Positions 7,986-16,060 of a stretch of 26,147 nt of DNA are shown here, piece after piece (within the stretch, counting starts at the first letter, position 1; each line of letters starts with the position of its first letter). The stretch spans positions 1 to 26,147 of the forward strand of contig JAIRPC010000011.1 of assembly GCA_031257215.1 (NCBI GenBank). The letters are read 5' to 3'. Made by a program: the position numbers and the translations under genes. Below the pieces are notes generated by a model. It made no database searches, was not told where the DNA came from, and worked only from the letters and a program-made list of their open reading frames with translations. The stretch comes from Eubacteriales Family XIII. Incertae Sedis bacterium. Its GTDB lineage: Bacteria; Bacillota; Clostridia; Peptostreptococcales; Anaerovoracaceae.

Positions 7986-10900
7986 ATGCAAGCTATTTTT
8001 TCAGAAACCAGAAATAAAAGGGCGCGGATGATAGTGGCGGGCGCACTCACCGTCGCGTTGCTCCTGACCGGCGTGCCGATAGTCGGCTGGCTGGGCGCAC
8101 AGGACGGCTCGGGAGACTCGGCTGTCTACGCGCAGGGTTTGGAGGCGGGCGAAACCAATGACTCCACGCAAGCTGCCGCGGCAGCCAAGACAGAGATAGA
8201 CTATCTGGGAGATACCTATCAGCTGCCTGCCGGCCATGTATTCACTAACATTACGACCGAGCGCCTGAGCTTCCTGCTCGGCTACACTGCCACAAACTCC
8301 GCAAACGCCAACACCGATGCGGCCTACGATCCGAGCGGAAACTACGCGTTCGTGTTCGGTGGTCCCGAGAACGCCAGCTCGCTTGCGGCCGTGCCGCTCA
8401 TAGGCGAGGTCGCGAAGGAGTACGGCGTGGAAACCGTATACCACTACGACCCGAAGCTCGATGGCGATAAGCTCGACATCACGGGCGCGAATCCTGCGGT
8501 GGCGTCTGCATTCACCGACCTGTGGTCCGGCGCGCGCGGCATCAAGACCAGGCTGAAGGGCGGTGTTGACCCTGCGTATACATCGTCCGACACCTATTTC
8601 TTCATCTATAACAAGAACAGGGTGGCGGATACGGACAACGATTCGGATACGCCAGACGTTTCGGCGCCGGTCGTGGCAGGCGTGCTGTCCAAGGCGCAGG
8701 CCATAGGCCAGACGCAGGCGATTAATTACAAGCAGAATATAGCCGCGGCGTTCGAAGCGGCGGGCGTCGATCCCGTGACGAACAAGGCCAACGTGAAGAC
8801 CTATCCGTTCTTCGATTATTTCAAGACTAGGATAAACGCAGTCGTCGGCTCGCCAACGACATACGCAAATGTGATAATACCCGAATCGGCCCGCGAAACT
8901 TTTGCCATACAGACCGTGACGCTGCCCGAGCTGTTCCATATCTTCGAGAGCGAGGGCGACTACGCGATTTTCCTCGGCGGCACATGGTGCCCGTACACGA
9001 GCCCCACGGACAACATCGCCAACACCGCGGCGGTGACGAATGGTGTCCGCAAGGTCTACCAGTTCGATCTGCGGCTTGACGGCGCGACATCGGCCACGGG
9101 CCTGAAGACCGTGTTCAAGTCCGGCGATACAGAAGCCGAAGACCCGCGCATCAACGGAAATACAGTAGTGGAAGGCAGTCATCTGTATGGAAAACTGCTC
9201 GACTATCTCTCAAATCTGGAACTGGAGCCTGGCGTTGTCGAATACCTCTATTACCCGAACGGCGACACATCGAAGCCGGTGAGCGAGAAGAAAGCCGCAA
9301 AGAACATCGGCGTGCCATTCTTGTTCGAGTACAACAAGGACAACAAAGCCGCGGATGGCACAGCCGCGCCCGTGGCCAGCGAATGGATAGGCTATAAGCC
9401 GCTGAAAAAAGAGCTGTACGCATATGCCTGGTACACGAAGAACAATGTGCGTGACTACTTGAACGATGCGGGATATTACGAGAAGCAGCTGGGCCGCCCC
9501 GTGAATCCCGATGTGGATGATACCGAGGGCAACGGCGCGGTAAGCGCTTCGCTCGCGCTGCCGGGGCTCTACACGTTCTTTGATGGACTGAACAGAAACC
9601 GCACGGATTCCGACCCATGGGCGGAAAACCCGGGCGCCAGGCCAAGCCCGTCGGGTACGCCCGAACCGAGCGGCGGCTGTGGCTCGGATGTAAAGGAAAT
9701 CCTCCTCGGAGTCGAGAATCCGATTCTTGGCCAGAACGGCAACGACGGTTACGATGTCCAGCACTACGATATCGATGCCGCATACAAGGAAGCTCTGAAC
9801 GCCACTCCGTCCGCGTTGCGCGCGAACCTGCACGCGGAAACGAAGATAACGGCGAAGGCCACGAAGAGCCTCAGCAAGATAGAGTTCGACTTCCGCGCCG
9901 ACGCTGACCGCGCAGATGTGGGCAGCGTGAAGCTGAACGGTGTCGATGTAGACAAGGCGGCGGTGACGTCCGTCAGCGACGATGCGGCCGACAGGCACAA
10001 GCTCGTCATAACGCCCGAGACCGCCATCGCAAGCGGCAGCACGTTCACGGTGGATATTGTTTATTGGGTGAAAACCGGCACATACAAATTCAATGGCGCT
10101 TCCACGCAGGGATTTGTGCCTAGTGCGAACGGCACGGGCGCAACCGCGCTCGGCGAGCCGAACGGAGCCACCTTCTGGTTTCCATCCAACAACAATACAA
10201 CGGACAGAGCCACGTACACCATCTCGCTGACCGCGCCTCGAAATCTTGTCGGCGTCAGCGTCGGAAATCTGATATCCAAGCAGTCGCACGGCTCGGATAT
10301 CACGAGGGTCTGGGAGCAGACGCAACCCACGATACCATACCTGGTCGATGCGTCGTTTGGCGACTATATCGAGTTCAGCGACGAGATAGAGCTGATAGAC
10401 GGGACGAAGATACCCGCCTACGGCTACGTGGACAAATCCCTCTATAACAGCAGCAACACGAATAAGCGGCGGGCATATTGGTACGCGAAGGACTTGCAGG
10501 AGTACATCAACTGGGCCGAGAGCCATTTCGGAAAATACCCGGGCGAATCGGCGGGCTTCGTGTTCGAAAACCTGAAGGACGGCGATGACGGCGTGGGCTA
10601 CAGCCTTGAGACTGTCGGGCGCCCGTATTACAGCGGCATTCCGGCTACGTCAACCTTCGTACACGAGCAGCTGCACCAGTGGTTCGGCGACTCGGTGACC
10701 ATCGCGAAATGGGAAGACCTGTGGCTGAACGAGGGCTTCGCGTCGTTCCTGTCCAACATATGGTTCGAGGAAAACGGCGTGCGCCCGAGCGGTTTCGGCG
10801 CCGGCACTACCACGAACGACTGGTATGCAAGATGGTACGAGGACAACAAGGATTCGGATTTCTGGTATATCGCGCCGGCTGATCCGATAAACGCCGCCAA

Positions 10901-11732
10901 CCTGTTCACTGACATCACCTATGGGCGCGGGAGTTATGCGCTCGCGGCGTTGCGCGTGGCGGTGGGAGATGAAGATTTCTTTAACATTGTCAAGACCTGG
11001 GCGGATGAGCAGGCAGGAAAGGCCGCGACCACCGCGCAGTTCATTGAGACCGCGAAGCGCGTGTCGGGTGTCGAGCAAACCGCGCTGGACACGTTGCTGC
11101 AAAGGTATATCTACGACCAGTACAAGCCTGAGAGCTTCCCCGCAGGGCGGCTGCCTGACGCGCCGACAGAGCCTGGCGACGACCAGACTGGCACAGACGA
11201 CGACAAGGTGGGCGATAAGCAGCAGGTTTCCGCCAAGTCCATAGGCGGCGCACGGATAGCGGCGATCGCCAACCAGATCTACAAGGGCAAGGCTATCAGG
11301 CCCGCAGTCAGCGTTGCTCTGGACGGAACTATTCTCGCGCCCGCTGAATACACCGTGTCATACAAGTCCAATACGGGCATCGGGCTGGCATCCGTCACGG
11401 TCACGGGCAAGGGCGCGTACAAGGACAGCGTGACCGCAACATTCAAGATACTGCCCGCCAAGGCGAAATTCAAGAGCGCGAAGGCTGGCAAGGGCAGGGT
11501 GGCGCTGAAATGGTCGAAAGCCAAGGGTGTAACGAAGCAGCAGATACAGTATCGGATCAAGGGCAAGCCATGGAATACCAAAACGGTTTCGGGCGCGACG
11601 GCATCCAAGGCCATCAGCAAGCTGAAAAAGGGCAAGACATACCAGTTCCGCGTCCGCGGGTACAAGGCCACATCCGGGCTCAAATACTTCGCGTCATGGA
11701 GCAGCATTAAAACGGTAAAGGTGAAAAAATAA
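7986..11732 (+). CDS. secreted multidomain protein: tandem thioredoxin-like region + M1 family Zn aminopeptidase + Ig/MBG-like + FN3-like C-terminal modules
   Basis: RBS AAAGGAG before ATG 7986 (the ORF track start at 7956 is upstream of the RBS). Signal peptide, GGTWCPYT, HEQLHQWFG-x-WLNEGFAS (HExxH-x18-E), catalytic-Tyr region TYGRG, Lys-rich FN3-like tail KWSKAKG..YQFRVRGYK. Confidence 0.85.
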   Translation: MQAIFSETRNKRARMIVAGALTVALLLTGVPIVGWLGAQDGSGDSAVYAQGLEAGETNDSTQAAAAAKTEIDYLGDTYQLPAGHVFTNITTERLSFLLGYTATNSANANTDAAYDPSGNYAFVFGGPENASSLAAVPLIGEVAKEYGVETVYHYDPKLDGDKLDITGANPAVASAFTDLWSGARGIKTRLKGGVDPAYTSSDTYFFIYNKNRVADTDNDSDTPDVSAPVVAGVLSKAQAIGQTQAINYKQNIAAAFEAAGVDPVTNKANVKTYPFFDYFKTRINAVVGSPTTYANVIIPESARETFAIQTVTLPELFHIFESEGDYAIFLGGTWCPYTSPTDNIANTAAVTNGVRKVYQFDLRLDGATSATGLKTVFKSGDTEAEDPRINGNTVVEGSHLYGKLLDYLSNLELEPGVVEYLYYPNGDTSKPVSEKKAAKNIGVPFLFEYNKDNKAADGTAAPVASEWIGYKPLKKELYAYAWYTKNNVRDYLNDAGYYEKQLGRPVNPDVDDTEGNGAVSASLALPGLYTFFDGLNRNRTDSDPWAENPGARPSPSGTPEPSGGCGSDVKEILLGVENPILGQNGNDGYDVQHYDIDAAYKEALNATPSALRANLHAETKITAKATKSLSKIEFDFRADADRADVGSVKLNGVDVDKAAVTSVSDDAADRHKLVITPETAIASGSTFTVDIVYWVKTGTYKFNGASTQGFVPSANGTGATALGEPNGATFWFPSNNNTTDRATYTISLTAPRNLVGVSVGNLISKQSHGSDITRVWEQTQPTIPYLVDASFGDYIEFSDEIELIDGTKIPAYGYVDKSLYNSSNTNKRRAYWYAKDLQEYINWAESHFGKYPGESAGFVFENLKDGDDGVGYSLETVGRPYYSGIPATSTFVHEQLHQWFGDSVTIAKWEDLWLNEGFASFLSNIWFEENGVRPSGFGAGTTTNDWYARWYEDNKDSDFWYIAPADPINAANLFTDITYGRGSYALAALRVAVGDEDFFNIVKTWADEQAGKAATTAQFIETAKRVSGVEQTALDTLLQRYIYDQYKPESFPAGRLPDAPTEPGDDQTGTDDDKVGDKQQVSAKSIGGARIAAIANQIYKGKAIRPAVSVALDGTILAPAEYTVSYKSNTGIGLASVTVTGKGAYKDSVTATFKILPAKAKFKSAKAGKGRVALKWSKAKGVTKQQIQYRIKGKPWNTKTVSGATASKAISKLKKGKTYQFRVRGYKATSGLKYFASWSSIKTVKVKK
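11214..11732 (+). repeat. C-terminal module duplicated collinearly at 15265-15783
   Basis: Both copies are 519 nt with no indels. The core 11367-11567 vs 15418-15618 encodes 64/67 identical residues. Confidence 0.85.
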
Positions 11733-11784
11733 TGAAAAACAGGAAATAAATACAGCGGCATGAAAACCTGGCCTGCACACCCAC

Positions 11785-11813
11785 TTGACATATATGCGAA
11801 CCTGTGATATAAA
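11785..11813 (+). promoter_or_regulatory. sigmaA promoter (cassette copy 2)
   Basis: TTGACATATATGCGAACCTGTGATATAAA, one mismatch to copy 1. Confidence 0.8.
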
Positions 11814-11832
11814 ATAACGGAAAGGTATCTTG

Positions 11833-11859
11833 TATCACATATATGTTAAGTATGTATTA
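11833..11859. promoter_or_regulatory. operator copy (TATCACATA-tatgttaag-TATGTATTA)
   Basis: Same motif and spacing, 19 nt after the -10 box. Confidence 0.7.
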
Positions 11860-11936
11860 TGGAAAGGGTGGTTCGGTTATGCGATGTTTTTTATCAATCG
11901 GTTATAGCTGACGGGTAGTCAGACAGACGGACAGTC

Positions 11937-12087
11937 AATCAGTTGTCGCAGGCAGATCAAACAAATAGGGAACGGCTCAACCCCGACGTGCAATCAGTGT
12001 GAGCCGCTCCGCCGCAGCCCGTGGGCCGCATACATATTATAGCATAATTCGGCTTGTATGCGGCTTCGGGAAAGAAAGGAGAACGAC
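11937..12087 (+). ncRNA. candidate structured cis-regulatory 5' leader, copy B
   Basis: Homologous to 7838-7985. Stems GGA(A)CGGCTCA/TGAGCCG(C)TCC and GGGCCGCATAC/GTATGCGGCTT. Confidence 0.5.
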
Positions 12088-15000
12088 ATGCAGGCTATTT
12101 TTATTGGAAGAAAGAGGGTTAGGGCGCTGCTCGCCTCCGCGCTGGCTTTGGCGCTGGCTGTTACCGGCATATTCGCCGCCGCGCCGTCGGCTTCGGCAGC
12201 CAGCCCCGCAGCACCGCAGGCTTCGGCAGAGGGTGCCGCTGGGGCTTCGGCCGCGCCGTCGGAGGATTATTCCCCGTCCAGCACCACGGACTATATCGCC
12301 GCCAAATTCGACGGGATCAGCGCGAACGCGCACGTGTTCGACGTTGTGACGGTGGAGCGGCTGACCAAGGGCGTGCTCGGGCAGGACGGCAACAGCGTCG
12401 TGGTGCTCGGCAGCCCGAAGAACGACAGCACGAAGAAATCGCTGCGCTATATCAATGACGTGGCGCAGGCCTGGGGCATCGAGAAGATCTATTTCTTTGA
12501 CCCGAACCTCGCGGGCGAGGCGGGCGCGGACATCACGGACGCGTCGACGGGCGCACCCTATGCGGCGCGGACGGACAGCCCGAACAACCGCATCTGGGCG
12601 GCTCTGAAAACCGCCGTCACCACCGGCACGGACAATCTCAGGGGCGCGCGCTTGAAGCATATACCCGCGGGTTACACCTCCGACCAGACGCTCCTGTTCG
12701 TGTATAACAGGAAGCCGTCTGGCGCTATCGTGGACAGCGCGGACACTATCGTGTCGAGCCTGCTCATACCCGGCGCGGTGGACGTGGGCAGCACGGCCGC
12801 GCAGAACGCTTTGAAGTCCGATATAGCGGCGGTGTTTTCCGCTGTTCCCGGCTGGACATCGGGGAACACAGGCGAAACCTTCTACGACCAATACTGGTGG
12901 TTTCGGAATGTCTGGACGTACTCCTCGGGCAGCATTGACGGAATAACACAGAGCAAATTCACGGTGAGGCAGGTCACCCAGCCTGAGCTGGTGAACGTGC
13001 TGAACACGCCGGGCACGCACAATGTGTTCATCAGCGGCTCCTGGTGCGGGGACTCGCGGGCACTCACGGCATATCTGGCGGAGAACGCCAGCAAGGCGAA
13101 CGAGCCTGTCTATGTGTTCGACTTCCGCGTCAGCGGCGGCATCGGCGACAGCTCCGCCTATTCCGTGCTGCGCTCAGAGGCACCCACCTCCGATGGCGGC
13201 TATGGCTACACGGGGCTGGGCTTTATCGGCGCTCGGCTCGTGGATCTGTTCGCGCCGTTTGAAAGCGGCACGGTGAACACGGTTTCCAAATACTATCCGA
13301 ACGGCGACAGCTCGGCGCAGCTGGCCACTAGCCCGAACCGCAATTTCCGTTCGCCATTCCTCGTGAAATACCAGAAAGGCAATAACAGCAGCAAGGGGAG
13401 CGTTGTTAAGGAATGGGTACACCAGACGCAGGAATGGGAAGCGCCGTGGAAGTCCGCCGCAGGATATGAGGGCGGGCAGCTCCCAGGCACCTACCTGGAC
13501 TACGAGGTGGCTACGGGAGGCACGAACCAGCTCCAAAACGCGAGGGCTCGTTATGCCCTGGCGGAATTTTTCGGGCAGCCTAGCGTGCATAGCCTCAGCG
13601 GTTATTCGCCGTCAAGCACCGTGGGCACGAATGTCAGCAAGAGCGACAGCGGCTGTGGAGACGACAACGACCCGCTCGACGATCTCGGCGAGAGCAGGCT
13701 CATCCCGAACCAGGGCACGTCGGACTATGATGTCCAGAGCTACGACATAGCCATCGACGCGTCGAGCATTGCGGCGTCCTCGGACGATGTCGATTTCATC
13801 AAGGGCGCAACGACCGTTACCGCTATCGCGAAGAAGGGCCTTTCGCATATCGAGCTGGACTTCAAGCCGCTTGCGGTGAACGGCGGGGAGCTGCGGGTCA
13901 ATGTGGGCAGCATAGACGAGAGCGGCGCGTTCGTGGCGTCGGGCTCGCGCACCGTTACGCATTTTTCGCAGGCGAGCAATGACGCTGAGGATTTGCAGAA
14001 GCTGGCGCTCGACGTGAACTCGCCTATCGCGAGCGGCACGCCGTTCCAGATATTTGTTTCATACACCACGGGGCTGCTCGACACGTTTGTCGGCAACGGC
14101 GAATCGCCGCAGGGCTTCTTTTCGCGAATCGACGAGGGAGGGATCGCCGCTATCGGCGAGCCGCTCGGCGCCATCTACTGGTTCCCGAACAACAACACGC
14201 CCGCCGACGGCGCGAAATACGCGATCACTCTGAAATACCCGTCAGGCTACGAGGGCGTCGCGCCGGGCGTCCGCACATCCAGGAGCGGCACCCAGTCCGT
14301 GTGGAAGGTCAACAGGGATATCGCGTCGTACCAGGCGTTCGCGTCGATAGGGAAATACACCATAGTCGGCGGCACGGGCAATAACTATCTGTCAATAACA
14401 GCGCCTACGGCGTACACGCAAACCGTGAACAACGGCAACAACCCCGACAATTTGGACGAGAAGAAAATCAACAAGGCCATCCCGTACTACAATTACGTCA
14501 ACAGCACGATCTACGCCGCGAACGCCAGCCGCAACCGCGACAAGGCCGACGCGTTCACGCACGAGCTGCCGCTGTATATCCGCGCGCTTGAAAGCATCGC
14601 GGGCCCATACCCCGGCGAGGCGGCGGGGTTCGTCTTTGACAACCTGGGGGATGGCCACGGCTCGCCCGCCTCGTGGGGCGCGGTCGAAACGGCTGACCGC
14701 CCGTTCTTCACGGGCACGAATATCACGAGCGAACGCACCTTTGTACACGAGTACGCGCACCAGTGGTACGGCGATGCGGTCCGCATAGCGGGCTGGGAAG
14801 ACCTCTGGCTGAACGAGGGCTTCGCCACCTATGTTACCGACCTGTATTACGAGCAGAAGCCCGGCTCGGAGTTTTCCGCGCAGGAGAAATGGGAGAATGT
14901 CTACAACAGCACCGCCGCGAACAAGCCGTGGTGGGGCTACGCGCCCGCGAAGATCGAGACTGAGGGCGATCTGTTCGGCGGGGCTTCCGCCGCGTACAAC

Positions 15001-15783
15001 AGGGGTGCGCTCGCCCTCGCCGCCCTGCGCGCCGAGATAGGTGACGCGAAATTCCTGAAAATCCTGAAAGACTGGCCGACGGAGAAAAAAGGGCAGGCGG
15101 TAACTACGGCTGACTTCGTGGCGTTTGCCGCCGCCAGCGCGGGGCAGGACCTGACCGACTGGGCGGACGCGTGGCTCTACGGGCAGGCGAAGCCCGCCGC
15201 GTTCATAACGAGCGATATCCCGAAGGATCCAGGCAAGGGCGACGACAAGCCAGGCGGCAATGATGACAAGCAGCAGATCACAGCGAAGTCCATCTCCGGC
15301 GCGAGGATAGCCGCTATCAAAGACCAGATCTATAATGGCAAGGCGGCCATCCCCGCTGTCAAGGTCACGCTGAACGGCGCGGCGCTCACGGCGGCCGACT
15401 ATGCGCTGACGTACCGCTCCAACACGGGCATAGGGCTGGCGTCCGTCACGGCTACGGGCAAGGGCGCGTACAAGGACAGCGTGACCGCGACGTTCAAGAT
15501 ACTGCCCGCCAAGGCGAAGCTCAAGAGCGCGAAGGCCGGCAAGGGCAGGGTGACGCTGAAATGGTCGAAAGCCAAGGGCGTCACGAAGCAGCAGATCCAG
15601 TACCGCATCAAGGGCAAGGCGTGGAAGAGCATAACGGTTTCAGGCGCGGCGGTGTCCAAGGTAGTGAAGAAGCTGAAAAAGGGCAAGACCTACCAGTTCC
15701 GCATCCGGGGCTACAAGAAGGCCGGAAGCGAGAAATACCAAGCGGCATGGAGCGGCATCAAGACGGTGAAGGTGAGGAAGTAA
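12088..15783 (+). CDS. secreted multidomain protein: tandem thioredoxin-like region + M1 family Zn aminopeptidase + Ig/MBG-like + FN3-like modules (paralogue of 7986..11732)
   Basis: RBS AAAGGAG before ATG 12088. Signal peptide, SGSWCGDS, HEYAHQWYG..WLNEGFAT, AYNRG and the same C-terminal modules. Confidence 0.85.
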   Translation: MQAIFIGRKRVRALLASALALALAVTGIFAAAPSASAASPAAPQASAEGAAGASAAPSEDYSPSSTTDYIAAKFDGISANAHVFDVVTVERLTKGVLGQDGNSVVVLGSPKNDSTKKSLRYINDVAQAWGIEKIYFFDPNLAGEAGADITDASTGAPYAARTDSPNNRIWAALKTAVTTGTDNLRGARLKHIPAGYTSDQTLLFVYNRKPSGAIVDSADTIVSSLLIPGAVDVGSTAAQNALKSDIAAVFSAVPGWTSGNTGETFYDQYWWFRNVWTYSSGSIDGITQSKFTVRQVTQPELVNVLNTPGTHNVFISGSWCGDSRALTAYLAENASKANEPVYVFDFRVSGGIGDSSAYSVLRSEAPTSDGGYGYTGLGFIGARLVDLFAPFESGTVNTVSKYYPNGDSSAQLATSPNRNFRSPFLVKYQKGNNSSKGSVVKEWVHQTQEWEAPWKSAAGYEGGQLPGTYLDYEVATGGTNQLQNARARYALAEFFGQPSVHSLSGYSPSSTVGTNVSKSDSGCGDDNDPLDDLGESRLIPNQGTSDYDVQSYDIAIDASSIAASSDDVDFIKGATTVTAIAKKGLSHIELDFKPLAVNGGELRVNVGSIDESGAFVASGSRTVTHFSQASNDAEDLQKLALDVNSPIASGTPFQIFVSYTTGLLDTFVGNGESPQGFFSRIDEGGIAAIGEPLGAIYWFPNNNTPADGAKYAITLKYPSGYEGVAPGVRTSRSGTQSVWKVNRDIASYQAFASIGKYTIVGGTGNNYLSITAPTAYTQTVNNGNNPDNLDEKKINKAIPYYNYVNSTIYAANASRNRDKADAFTHELPLYIRALESIAGPYPGEAAGFVFDNLGDGHGSPASWGAVETADRPFFTGTNITSERTFVHEYAHQWYGDAVRIAGWEDLWLNEGFATYVTDLYYEQKPGSEFSAQEKWENVYNSTAANKPWWGYAPAKIETEGDLFGGASAAYNRGALALAALRAEIGDAKFLKILKDWPTEKKGQAVTTADFVAFAAASAGQDLTDWADAWLYGQAKPAAFITSDIPKDPGKGDDKPGGNDDKQQITAKSISGARIAAIKDQIYNGKAAIPAVKVTLNGAALTAADYALTYRSNTGIGLASVTATGKGAYKDSVTATFKILPAKAKLKSAKAGKGRVTLKWSKAKGVTKQQIQYRIKGKAWKSITVSGAAVSKVVKKLKKGKTYQFRIRGYKKAGSEKYQAAWSGIKTVKVRK

Positions 15784-15852
15784 GAAAAACGCATCAGCGG
15801 AATCCGCAATGGCGCGGGCGCGCCACCCTTCACCGACATGTGTGAGCCAACC

Positions 15853-15940
15853 CTCGTCATTGCGGGCCGTCGCAAGCGCCGCCGCAATCCAGAGACACGC
15901 GACAGCGCTGGATTGCTTCGCCTTACGGCTCGCAATGGCG
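15853..15940. repeat. REP-like palindromic element (GTCATTGCG...GCAATCC..GGATTGC...CGCAATGGC)
   Basis: Nested inverted repeats. 39 bp (15853-15891) are identical to 24603-24641. Confidence 0.7.
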
Positions 15941-15973
15941 TCGGAAAAAATTTTAATTATTTTCATAACATTC

Positions 15974-16002
15974 TTGACATATATGCGAACCTGTGATATA
16001 AA
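15974..16002 (+). promoter_or_regulatory. sigmaA promoter (cassette copy 3)
   Basis: TTGACATATATGCGAACCTGTGATATAAA, identical to copy 2. Confidence 0.8.
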
Positions 16003-16019
16003 TATCATTGAAGTTCGTA

Positions 16020-16046
16020 TATAACATATATGCGAAGTATGTATTA
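16020..16046. promoter_or_regulatory. operator copy (TATAACATA-tatgcgaag-TATGTATTA)
   Basis: Same motif, 17 nt after the -10 box and adjacent to RBS GAGGAG. Confidence 0.7.
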
Positions 16047-16060
16047 GAGAGGAGAACGAA

